A model generated the notes under the pieces. The model made no database searches. It worked only from the letters and a program-made list of their open reading frames with translations, and was not told the origin of the DNA. Below, one piece after another: positions 38,287 through 50,723 of a stretch of 64,000 bases of DNA; the stretch's first letter is position 1, and every line of letters begins with the position of its first letter. This stretch comes from Geosiphon pyriformis uo1 (lineage: Eukaryota > Fungi > Glomeromycota), in the NCBI GenBank assembly GCA_016748015.1, contig JAAOMT010000570.1:624043-688042 (forward strand), read 5' to 3'. The position numbers and the translations under genes are program-made.

Positions 38287-41200
38287 TTTTTTCTCTCTTA
38301 CCTCCAAAAAACTCCAATGAGCACTTTTCTAAGAAAAGAAGTTTTTTGTTTTTCTTGTTAATAATATATCAATATTTTTTTAACTAATAACCATTTCGTC
38401 ATGAATTTGGAGGCTGTTTCTAGTGGCGACATGTCTAGTAAGAAGGCTCTTAAAAGTGTGTTTCATGGTCCTGCTGGTGGTTTTTTTTCACAAAGAAAGA
38501 AGGCTTCTCTTGAAAATATTAAACACTCTGGTGATGAAAAGGATATTTTTTTGAAGTCTGGTTCTGGTGCTAGTGTATATTCTGATGTGGAGAGCCTATC
38601 TGATGATGATGAAAATGTTAATATGTCTGGTGGTTTTGATGGTTCTCTTTTGAACTTGGCTGTTAATACTTCCAGGACTAAACGAGTGAATACTGGTGCA
38701 AATTTCAGTTCTCCTATTGGTTCTCCTGACTTTGAAATAGATGAAAAGGTGAAGCTCCTTCTGCCCTTCCTTAGGAAAAAAGTTCCTTTAAATAAGATTT
38801 GGATTGATCTCAAGATTATCAAAACTCTTGTAGAGATTTTGGTTAAGAAATCATTTACTTTAGACATCAATTTTTTGGCTGTGGAAAGGAAATCAGCTAT
38901 GCAAAAAACTCAGTTCATCAGAAAAATTTTTCAAAAATCAATGGTTTTGGGGGGGCCACTACCCCCTCAAAATTTGAAGGAATCATCAGATCAACGTTTA
39001 CATCAGAGGAAAGCATGAAGAAGGCCATTTTATTGGCTGGCAAAAATGTGATCAGTGTAAACAACAATCTTAGAAAACAAGAATTTCATTCAAATCAGGC
39101 CATAGTGATTAAGAAAATTCTCATGGACATGCCTAGGGATATGATTGTTACTACAGTTTCTGAGTTTGGGCAAATTAAGTCAATCAAAATTCAGTTAATT
39201 AGAATGTGGCAAAAAACTATGATGGAGTTTGCCAAATTGAATCAAACCAATCTGTTGGCCTCAAAATGGTTATTTCTGATTGGGAAGAATTCAGTATATG
39301 TTGCCAAAGCAGCAGAAGATCATGATATCTGGGCATTGAGAGATCAGTTCAGAGCGCTGTTGTTTACTTTGCCAGTGAGAATAACTGCACATAATCTTGG
39401 TACTCTTTTGGAAAAGACTGGCAAAAAAACTTGCATCATCAATTATTTATTGGAAACTGGCAATAGATTTTGTTGTGCTGTGATTAACTTTGAATCTGAT
39501 GAAGAGTTGGAATCTGTTTTTTTCACTGAGCCTATTTTCGGTGAGGTGCATTTCTTATGGGCTAGGTTGAATTTGGTTCAGTGTGGGAAGTGTGGGCATT
39601 TTGGCCATTCTACTCTGAAGTGTAATGTATTGGTTGAGTCATCTTCTGGCCTCCCAAATTTGTTTAAGAAATCTGTTTCTGGTTTTGATTGTTTTCAGTT
39701 AGCCAAGTTGTATGCAAAAAAAAATGTTCCTATCTCTCACTCTACTGCCTTTGACAGAAAATTATGGGCTTAAGTAGTGTCTCTTGTCTTCTTTTCTGGT
39801 GGCTCCCCTTCTGGTTCTGGTTTGCTTTCTGGTAGTATGTCTCTCTCTTTTGGTTCTTCTGGTCTTCAGATCGATGGTTTGGGTGATCGTTTGGCAGTTT
39901 TGGAGCATTCTTTGGAAATTTTTTCAGATCAGGTTTCTGTTATTCTTAAGAAATTGAGTTTTGTTGATCTGGTGCCTTTGGCATCTACTTCTCATGCTCC
40001 TTCTATGACTGGTTCAGTGTCTTTAGCTCTAGTTGTGGACTTAGATATGGCTCTGGATGATATGTTAGCTCTGTCTGTTCCCTCTCTTTCTGGTAGTGAT
40101 GAGTCTGCTGCTGGTCTTAGTTCGAGTGGTTTTAAGGTTCTTACCTCCAAAGTGGGTGGTTTGGAATCCAAATTGTCTGCTCTAAAAGCTTTGTTTGGTT
40201 CAATTCTAGCGAGATTGGATTTTTTGTGTTCTGGTTCAGGCTCATCCTTACTCCTTTCATCCCAATGAGTGATTTAGTCTGGAAATTAACTATATGCAAC
40301 GTTTGAAGTATCAATGTTCCTGCAAAACAAACAGACATAATCCATTGACATATGAGTTCTGGAAATATGGTTTCTTTTGTTGCTAAGACAAAATTAAGGT
40401 CCTCTTCTGGATCATGGATCAGGGACAAATTTGATGGAGTTCGGATTTTTACTTCTGGGTTGGATATTGGTTATCTTAGTGCTGGCATTGCTGTAATTAT
40501 GAACAACTCTTTGGCTCACTATGTTTCTAGAGTTGAGAAGGTTCCTGGTCATTTGATTTCGATTTGGCTTTTGTTTAAAGGCAAGCTTTCGGTTACAATT
40601 TTGGGTTTGTATACTGGTGCTTCTTCCGGGACTAGGTTTGCTCAGGCTCCTATAGTGAATTCTCTTATTGCTAAGGCTGTTAACTCCAGCACTTTTGTCA
40701 TTTTGGGTGGTAATTTCAATGAGAATAATTCTGGGAGGAGTGCGAGTTTTAAGTTTTGTTTGGGTTTGGGTTTAGTCAATTTTTTTGCTGGACACTCTTT
40801 GATCAAAACAGCTACATGGAGCAATTCTAAGGGAGTGGAGAAAACAATTGATTTTATTCTTGTTAATAAAACTCTATCTTCTGCTGTTGTGAAACATTGT
40901 GTCAATTCTGTTTCTGATTTCTTTAATATGGATCACAAATCTGTCATGATATTGGTTGGTCTGGGTGGGCTCTTAGATATTTGGCTGAATGGTTTGCATA
41001 AGCAGACCAACAAGAACTGTTGGAAGTTTAGGATCAAGGATGCTGATAGTACTGGGTGGTCCCGTTTTAAGGATTGTTCCTCTGCTAAGATGTTGAAGGT
41101 AAAGAGGAGGTTTCTTGGCACTGCTGCTGGTCTTGATTTGGAAGCTATGTGGTTTTTGCTGGAAAAGATGGTGGTGGATTCCACAGATGAAATATTTTTC

Positions 41201-44200
41201 AGACATTGGTTCTGTGATTTTCAGTACTCAAAAAATAAACATTCTTTTAAGTTCCTGGGTTTGGAGTTGCTGGTTGCCAAGATAGTCAAATGTCTGACCT
41301 CTGCTAATACTTCTGGTTTCAATTGATTTGTAAAAAAATGGTCGGCTCTGGATGCTGGTAAAGCTCTCGTTCTGGAGAACATGATTTGTAGTGGCTAAAA
41401 AGTGGAAGACCTTCTTAGTTATTTGTCACTCGTCAGAAAGGAGTACAGAAAATCTAAGATGTTTGAGTCAAAGTTACTGCAAGAGGCTACTATCAGAAAG
41501 GCTATTGAGAGACATATAGAATGATTTTGCTTGGACAAGAGAAGTATAATTAGGAGTGTTCTGGATTAGCCATTTTAAAAGGTGGTATTGGATCACTTGG
41601 TGGTTAATAATAAGTTGATATTGGAGCTGAAGGAGGTTAGATCAAGTGTTGACAAGATTATAGAGGGTTGGACATGGAAGCGTGTGATGCCTATGGTGCT
41701 GCCTGATCTCTGGGCTTGTCAGTATACATCTTTGAATTATGTTAGAGATGATGCCTTTTCTAATATAATGAATGTGATTAGCATAGATGAATTGCTTTCG
41801 GTTACTAATGGTCTGCCTGATAACAAAGCTGCTGGCTTGTCTGGCATTCCCAATGAATTCTGGAAACATGGTTGTGATAAGATGTTGAAATGTCTTTTGG
41901 TGTTGCTGAATGTGTACTTATCTGTTGGCATAGTGCCTGCTTTGTGGAAGAGGGCGTGGGTCTCAATGATCCCTAAGTCTTATGATTAGGATGGAGTTCT
42001 TACTAATACTCAATCTATTGCTTTGATTGAGACTGCCAGAAAGATTTTGTCTAAGATTTTATCTGATTGCATCTCTTTGGCTTGTAATAAGTTTGGTGTT
42101 TTCTGGGGTAATAATTTTTCAGTGCTCTGTGGTACTTCTACATAATCTCCAGTGTTTGCAGTTAGTTTAGTTGTGGAGGATGCTCTTGAAAAGAATAAGA
42201 AAATTTGGTTGGTTTTGCAGGATATGCAGAAGATATATGATTCTGTTGGTTGGCCTCACTTAAAAGCTAGTCTGCAGTACATCAAAATGTGTGAGAGATT
42301 TATTGGGTTTTTTGGGAATATTCACGAAAATAGGGTTAACAGAGTGATGACTGATTTTGGCTTGTCAGATGGCTATAGTGTACATAATGAATTGGACCAG
42401 AGTAAAGTTTTTTCGCCTTTCTTATGGAGGATTTTCTATGATCCACTCTTATACAAAGTAAAACAACATGAGCATTTGTGCAGATACCGTGTTAATTCTA
42501 AGTTTGTTGCAAAGACGGGCAGAGTTGAGAGTGTGAATGGGATAACATCTTACTTGGCAGCTGGTGCATTTGTCAATGATACAATTTGGATTGGAAATTG
42601 TCAGGCCTCTACTCAGTATGCTCTGAACATTGCCAGTGAGTTCTTCAAAATCAATGATATTTTTATTAATAATAATAAGACAGTGACTATTTCTATTAAC
42701 CAAAGTGTTAGGATTGCCTCTCTGAGTATTTGTGGTCAGCCAATCTTGATTGCTAAAAAGGGCAAAGCTTATTGTTATCTGGATATCTTCTTGTCAACGG
42801 AAGGCTTGTCTAAACCTAATGTGTCCAAAGCTTATTCTGATGTTCGTTTTTTTGTTAACGTTGTGCTCAGAAAGGCTATCACAGATAAACAGTTCTCGTA
42901 TTTGGTCTTGGCTGTCTTGTAGTCTATTGTTAGTTATTGAACTCAGTTTAGTTTTGTTTTATTTGGTGTTTGTCGCAAATGGGATGTTATGGTTAGAAAG
43001 AGTCTTAAGTCCAAAGCTGGTTTGTTTCATGATTTTCCAGATGCTGCCTTACATCACCTTTCTTTGTATGGCTTAAAGACTTTTGAACAGGTGCAATCTA
43101 AAGGGAAGATTGCTGCTTTGGTAACCTTTTTTAATGCCTCTGGGGTCCTTGGGTGTTTGTTTAATTATAGGTTTTTAGACTTGCAGATTCTTGGCTGGGC
43201 TCTTCTGGATTCTTTGCAGTTTCCTGTCAAGTTACGTGTTAGTCCAGTCAACAACTTTTTGGCTGGGATTGTGAAAATTTTTTTGAGTAATGAGCTTTCT
43301 TTGGCTAACAACCTTCCCAATGCCTTTTGCAGTTCAGGTCATTTTCTACTTTCATTGATTCTAAGTAGTTCTGAGTATTTTAATTCTGTTCACTCTCTAA
43401 AGTGTTTTGAAGTTGCTTTTGGTGATCGGATTTTGGATAAGAGAGACCATGTACTAAATTGGAAGACCTTTTATTATTGGAAGAGATTGAACCCACAGGG
43501 CCCCATGCCTTACTGGTTTTCAGTCACATCTGAGTTTATGTTGGTTCAGGGCTTTTCTGCTTCCAGTTCTGCTGGTTTTGCTCAGTTTGTTGATACAAAT
43601 ATTTTAGATTCTGAAGTGTTTTCTCTGGTAAAAGATGGGTTGCATAATATCTGGTCTAGTTGCTTTGAAGTGTATACTGATAGATCTTTAAGAAATGCTG
43701 GCTTGGTTGATGCTGCTTGTGGTGCTGCTGCATATTTTCTGGTTTTGGATAGAAGTGTTGGTGTTGTGATTGGTGGTCTACTGTTCTCTACTTTGACTGA
43801 GTTGCAGGCTGTTGTGTTGGCTCTTGAGTGTGTACCTTTCTCTTGTCAAGTGATTTTGCATACTGATAGCCAAGCTGCTATTAATGTCTGCTTGTCAGAG
43901 TTGTCTTGTACCATGCCTGATTTTCATAATCAGTGCTGGTTGAAAAGACGCCATATTTTCAATTTGGTTAGGAAAAAGGATCTCGAAGTGGTCTGGGTTA
44001 AGGTTAAGAGCCATTCTGGTGTTTCAGGTAATGTCAAGGCTGATTTGGCGGCTGGGAATGCTACTTGATCTTTCTTCTCTTTGTTGACTAGAGTTCATGA
44101 ACATTATTTGGTGGCTGAAAACACGGCAATCTCTGGCAATGCCTGCCATTTTGTAAGAGACATTTTTCAATCTATTAGTCATGCTCACTAAGAGGCTGAG

Positions 44201-45090
44201 CCTGGTGTGGGTGTGATATCTGTTGACCTTGTTGGGTGTGTAGACTGGATTTCTACCATGAAGGTTTGGCATCTGAACTTTTATATGCTCGCTAAATTCA
44301 CTGGTCAGAAAACTTTGAATTTGTGCTTATATTTGATGAAAGCTGTGCACAGGTGTCTTCTGATAGCTGTTCAGAAAAAATTGTATAATAAGGGTTATCC
44401 TGGTGTGTTGTGTCTGCTGTGTGGTGAAGTGGAATTTTCTGACCATGTCTTCACGTGCCTTTGGGATGTTGTTATTCATAATAAGGTTCTGGTTAAGGCT
44501 TCTGCTCGTTGAATTTTGGTAGCGGGTCTTTGTGACTCGCTGTCTTCAGCTGTTTTGCAAACATTGTTTGCCTGTTCTCTGAATATAGGTTTGTATTTTA
44601 TTATGTGTAAAGGCTTTATGCTGAATAAATGGTGCGAGGAAGCTTGGGGTGTATTTGAAAATAAGAAGCAGGCCATTGGTAAGGTTGTCAGTTTTGTTAG
44701 GTTTGTAGCTGATTTACATTATGTGAAGGCATGGTTAGTGAGATCTGAGCACAGAGTGCGGATGGAGAAAGCTGGTTTGGTTGCTGATGGTAAGATTGTT
44801 TCTGGTTTGTTTCGTGATGTTTCTTCTATATTGTCGGGTAGAATGGTTAGAATGCTTGGTGTGGTTGATTCATTCACTGTTAGCTTTGGTTGTCATTTGC
44901 CGTGCTGTTTTTTTTCTGGTCTAGGTGGTGTTGTTAGTGTCAATATAGGTGTGTAGTGTTGTCTTGACTGGTCTGAGTGGCTAGTCATATGTAGTAAGTA
45001 TGTAAATTGCATTTAGTTTGGGTTACTTAGTTTGACTCTATGTACTAGATAGCAGTTGGACTTCACTCAATAAAAGCAGGAAAAAAAAAA
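38287..45090 (+). mobile_element. Full-length inactivated L1-like LINE (element C): ORF1 38401-40268, ORF2 40265-44956; probable 11-bp TSD
   Basis: ORF1 CCHC knuckle CGKCGHFGHSTLKC; APE LGGNFNE/IDFIL/MDH; RT LQDMQKIYDSV, FVND at 42569; RNase H VYTDRS...TDSQ...KVKSHSG; CLLCGEVEFSDHVFTC; AAAAAAATTTA at 38276-38286 and 45084-45094. Confidence 0.96.
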
Positions 45091-45094
45091 TTTA

Positions 45095-46462
45095 AAAAAA
45101 TTTAATAAAAAGTTTAATGTCTGACTTTATAAATAATAGTTTTATATAAAAGCAAAAAAAATTCAAGAATTTTGATAATAAAATAAATTTTTCTTTAAGT
45201 AATTTAGTATTTTTGGATAAATTATTAAAACTTTTTAATAAATATATAAATATAAAAACTAATACAATAAACTTTTTTTACAGTTTTTTTGGTTATAATT
45301 ATTATTTTCTTATAATTACACTTTTTTAAAAACCAAAACTATTTATATATAATATTATTTTCTTATAGTTATTTTTATTATATATCTTTTTTTATAATTT
45401 TTATTCCTATAAATACAATAACAGAATATAAGTAATTTCTATTTTTTATAGTTATACTGTAATTATATAATATTAAATATATTGTGTTTTAAATATTATT
45501 TTTATGAATAATTTTAATAAAGTATGTTTATAATATTTAGCATTTATAATTTAATATCAAAAACAAGTTAATTTTAGATAAATTGGTTATAATAGTAAAG
45601 TTAATTATTAGTCTTTGAAAATTTTTTTCTTTAAAGTTTTACTTATTAAGTTTTTTAATTATAAGACATAAAAATATGTTTTTATTATAATATTAATATT
45701 ATGATTGTGTTATTTTATGCTAGTTAATTACAATTACTAAGGTTTAATATTGTTTTTTTGTTTTTTTGGTAAGCTAATAAGATAAAGGTTAATATTTAAA
45801 TTTAGGAAAAGCTTTTTTTTTATTAGCCTATTATAAAGTTTAATTTTTAATATTGTCATTTTATAAGAGAAAAAAAAATAAAAAATAAAAAAAAATTAAT
45901 ATTTTATTAATTACTATAATTAAAAATAATTGGTTTAAGTTATTAAAATTCTGAAAACATTTATATTAATAATATTTAATCTGAAATAAAAGTAAATAAA
46001 ACAATTAATTTAATTTTAATAATTAAAAGTTTGGAATCATATATTTATAAATTGAATAATAATATTTTATTAAATTGGTTACAAGATATAAAAAAGATAA
46101 GGTAAAATTTTATTTAGACTAAAAATAAAATATTAAAAGAAAATTAATTTTTGTTTATTTTTTTTTACTTATTAAAACTACTTATTTTTATACCTTTTTT
46201 TTGGTTTTACAAAATTGTTTTTAATTGTTTGTTATTATTAGCTATTATTTATTATTTTAGCTATTGCTTTATTTTTTTATATTATTACTAATCATTTTGT
46301 ATTATTTTATATTATTATGTATTATTTTGTATTATTTTAAATTATTTTAAATTATTTTTTATTATTCTGTATTATTTTATACTATTATGTTTTTTTTTAT
46401 ATTATTATATAGTACTTATGTTTTTTTTAATAAGTTTTTAATTAATTTTTTATTTGAATAAA
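45095..46462 (-). mobile_element. Gypsy remnant: family 2 LTR (45588-~46462) plus adjoining internal leader
   Basis: ~45490-46040 aligns with ~63450-64000 across the LTR/internal boundary; 45720-46460 aligns with 5060-5824. Confidence 0.7.
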
Positions 46463-46559
46463 ATTATTTTTTTCTTTTAAAATTAAGCTTTTGTAAAATT
46501 TTTAAAAGTTAATTTTTAAATATAATATTTAAGTATTGTATTAACTATTAAAAAAATAT

Positions 46560-48839
46560 AATAAACTCTTTGTCTTCTTAATTTTATAACCACAACCAGA
46601 GCAAAAAGTAAAAAAGCTGCACCTGATATCTGTTCTGAGATATCTAATAAAATTTCAACCAGAGGAGCTTTTTCTGTTGTAGAAGCAACTAAGCAGAATG
46701 TTTTAGAAGCCTTTCTTTTACTCAGTAATCATAATAAGCTGCCTTTGGTAGTCACTGAAGCTACTTCCTCATCTTTGGCTGGTTTCTCATCAGTCAAAGT
46801 TCTCTTAAAAAGACACATTTGGGTTAGTTCCAGTATTGCCTCCACCCCAACTAAGAGCCCAAAAGTTTTTAATAATAGACCAGTTAACAAGCTGGTCTTC
46901 CTCTCCATAGCTTTTACATCTGATGCTGCTAACACCTCCTCTTCAAAAAAAATGGTCAAAAAGACCAAAAATTCAGAAAAGTAAGCAGTTGCTTGTCTCT
47001 GCTATTGTTACACCAAACCTTTTTGTGGTTTCCAATAAGATCTTAAATGAGATCTTCATAATATCATTCGGCACATTGTCTAAGATAGGCCTAGATCAAC
47101 CACTGGCTGTGTTGTCAAATGTGGTGTTTTCTAGTAAATCATTGCTGGTTTTAGAAGCAAAACAATTTCTTCCTGTTGGATCATCTGTTTTTGGGAACTG
47201 GACTGATCAAATAGAAACTGAATCATCTCCTTTTCTAGTTTCTAGTGCTATTTCTGATAATGCTTGGAGAACTATTACTAGTCATCAAAGATTTGCTGGG
47301 TGGGTGGCCTCCACTCTGGTGCTTGGTGCTTGGTGCTACTTTTAAGATTAAATTGGCTTATGTTAAGACTGTTTTTTAGTTTTTTGGGTGCAAAGTCAGT
47401 ATTAAAAGACAATGTAAAGTTGTTTTATATGGAGTTTGCTTCTCAAGTGTTTTTAAAAGCTGTATTCTTGGTTGAGTTTACAAGCTCTGTACATTTGGCC
47501 ACCCTTAAAATTGCCAAGTCTTTGGTAGTTTCTGAGTCTGGTTCCCTTTCTGTTGCTGTTGCACTGCATGATGTGCCCTTAAGTGTGTTTGCTGCTGACA
47601 TTAAGACAGCTCTCAATGTGTTTGGTAGTATCACTTGTGTTGTGCTGAAGCCTGTTGGCATTTGGCAATATGTAGTGGTTTATTTTAAAAAGTTGGACTC
47701 TACTGTGTCTGTTTTGAATTATTGGTCAGTTTTGGTGGGCAAAAATAGTGTTAGAATCCTCCTTCTGGTGAATCAAAATGAGACTATTTTGTCTCATGAT
47801 AAGTTTAAAGCCAAGTTGGTCAATCTTCTTTCTGGATGCACAGCTTTTGAAATTAGTGATATGATTTCTTAAGTTGGTGGTCAAACATGTTTTATTCTTC
47901 ATTCTTTCGAGTCTGGTCATTATTTTCAGTTTGCTCTGGTCATATTTGGTTCCCAAGCTGATTTGGACTCTGCTATTGTCAAAACTGATACATTGAGAAA
48001 ATGCCATATTTGGTGGGAAACTTCTAGTTGTTGGCATTGTTTCAAGTGTCAAGAACTGGGTTATCTGACTGCAGACTGTAAGGTTTTTTTACCTTCCCCT
48101 CCCAAGTTTCCCAAGGTGTTCACACCATGTTTTGCTGGTCCTAAGTCTTATGTCAAAGCTTCTGCTCTTTTGGACTCCTCTGGATTTCTACTTTTATCAC
48201 CTCTTGTTTTTTCTCCAGTTGTTGTTGGTAATTCTTTGGTACTATCTTAACTGTCTTTTTTGGAATCTGATTTGACTAAGCTTTCTGTTTTAGTTAAGTC
48301 TATTGTTAAGCCTATTGGCTTTCTGGTTACAATTTTTGAACAGTTTATTAATGATGATTTGGTTTCAAGTAGTGCTCTTGGTCTTAAGATCAATAAGGTT
48401 ATGGTGCATATGGGTTTTTTTAGTAGGACTGTTAGTAAGTTGGGGAGAGAAGTGGTTTCTTTAAAAAAGGAATATTGTATGGAGAACATTGATATGTCTG
48501 GTAATTCAGAGCTTCCACCTGTTGTAAGTAATAAGGTGTTTTCCAACTTAATGTCTCTTTGGGAGCATAAGTCTGTTGATGTTAAAAATGATCTCTTTAA
48601 AACTGCCAAGTGGCTAGTTGGTTTGGTTTCTTGCAGTGTAACTTTGTTTTCTGTTATTCAAAAAATGTTATCTTTGGGTAAGTTTTTTTTTATAGCATCA
48701 ATATAGTGTGTTTTTAACTGGTCCGAATGGCTGGTTACATGTAGAAAATGCATAATTAGTGCCTAGTTTAGATCTATTTTTTGATGTATTGTTCTAAGTA
48801 GCTTTTGGGCCTTATTCGTTAAACTTTAATAAAAAAAAA
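46560..48839 (+). mobile_element. ORF1-only non-autonomous retroposon (element D, HAL1-like): single decayed ORF 46586-48706 (~700 codons; RRM-like core, CCHC knuckle, coiled coil), LINE-type 3' tail and poly(A)
   Basis: ATA(<ATG)-TTTRAKSKKAAP...; IKTALNVFGSIT...GIWQYVVVYF...WSVLVGKNSVRI; CFKCQELGYLTADC; no APE/RT; 48704-48830 matches the LINE 3'UTRs. 5' boundary uncertain (46465-46560). Confidence 0.85.
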
Positions 48840-48849
48840 CAACTATTAT

Positions 48850-50660
48850 TTTTTGTAATTTTTTGAATTATTAATTAGTTATTTTTTTAATATTGTTAAC
48901 TGTAATTGTTTTTATTGTACTGTTTAATAATATGATTAAACAGTATTTAAATATTATATACAGTTTATAAGTTGTTTTGTAATATAAAATCAGATTGTTT
49001 TTTTTAACAAATTGTTTTATTTATTTTAGAGCTTTTTTGTTGAATTATTATTTACATATAATATTTGTGAATTTAGTTTTTTACTGATTTTAAAAAATTA
49101 ATATATTGATAAAAAACTTTCTTTCCATATTATAGAAGTTTTAAGTATTTATTCTTTTGTGTTTAGTTTATAATCAAGTTATTTAAAGCTTTTTTTACTT
49201 TTTTTATTGTTTATATATTAAAATTTTTCTTGTTTATTATTAAATACAATTGAAAATATTTAGTTCTAATTAAACTCTTGTTTTTTTTATTTTTGTTTAC
49301 TGTTTTATATTGTATTTTTATTTTGTTAATAGTTATTTTCAATAATATAATCAACTATTAAATAGCTTTAAACAATTGTTGTAAAAGCTTTAAAATAGTG
49401 TTTGAAATATTTATAATAAAAGAGTTTTCGAGTTATTTTGGTTATTAGAACAATATTTATATCTTAGAATTTTTCATGTCTTAACTTATGACTAATAAGC
49501 TGTATTTAATGATAATAATAATTGGTTTTAATTTTCATAGAATATTTTTAAATTTGACCAATAGAATTTGTATTCTTAATTATAATATAATTAATAACAA
49601 TTTTTGTATTGTGTAATAATATTTTAAATAATTTTTATGTATGGTTTTTTTTTATAATTTTGTCTTTTAATTATAGTTTGTAAGTTCTATTATCAAAAAT
49701 TTTATGTATATAAAATAGTTTATCCTATTTTGGATTATATTTTTTATTTTATTGTTTTTCTGCTTTGATATAATATAACAATACTTGGTTTTTAATCTTA
49801 AATTAATTAAATGATCATGTAAACAACTATTATGTTTTTTTTTGGTCATTTTTAAAAATTACTAATATTGTTAACTGCTGTTCTATAATTGTTTTTTAGT
49901 ATTTTTATAAACTAATATGTTTTTTAATATAAAATTATTTCAAGATTTTTTTTGTTATTGTTTTTGTTAAAAAAAAGTGTATTTTTGGTTTAATAAACAA
50001 TATAGTTTTCTTTTTATATACTAATTTAAATAGTATAAATTGAGTAATATTTTGTTTTAATGTTTGGTATACAAATAATACTAAAAATATAAATAAGTTT
50101 TATTTTTGTGTATTTTTATAATTTATTTTTATTAATATTTTTATTAATATTTAATTAAATTGTTCTATTAATTTATTTGTTTAAAAATAATATAGTAATA
50201 ATAAAAGTTATTTTATCCCAAATTGTTAACTTAATTTTACAAAAGTACTATTAATAAAATGAGTTTTTTTATCAAATAATAATTTTTTTGGACATTTATA
50301 TTAACAAATTAGGTCCTAGTATACAAATTTAACTATTATTTTGGTATTTATAATTAGAATGGCTCAGATTTTTGGCTATTTAATAAGATAGTTTATAGTT
50401 ATAACAATATATTAATTTTTTTTAAAGATAATTAAAAAAAATACAATCAAATTAATTCTAATTTTATCAAATATTTCTAACTAAAATAAATTAAAATAAT
50501 TCTACTATTCTGGTTTTTTTTGATAAGAGTTATATTTATAAATATATTTAAAAATATCTTTATATATTAATAATTAATAGCATAGATTTATTATTTTTTC
50601 TAAAATAGTATTTTTGTTAAAGTATTTAATAATTAGATTAAAATACATATTAAATAGAAT
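48850..50660 (-). mobile_element. 3' part of the decayed Ty3/gypsy element: integrase (rve) at ~50130-50480
   Basis: Minus strand reads FDKIRINLI...YIVITINYLIK*PKI*AI...KFVY*DLIC*YKCPKKLLFDKKTHFIN...YYF*TNKLIEQFN, an eroded form of GIDLVGP...ATDYLTKWPEARA...ICRHGCPKELLSDRGTHF...YHPQTNGLVERFN. Confidence 0.8.
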
Positions 50661-50662
50661 TG

Positions 50663-50723
<61 letters not shown>

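Noticed and set aside
46543-48848. AACTATTA as the TSD of element D, and short candidate TSDs for A and E
   Set aside because: Such short matches are expected by chance in DNA this AT-rich.
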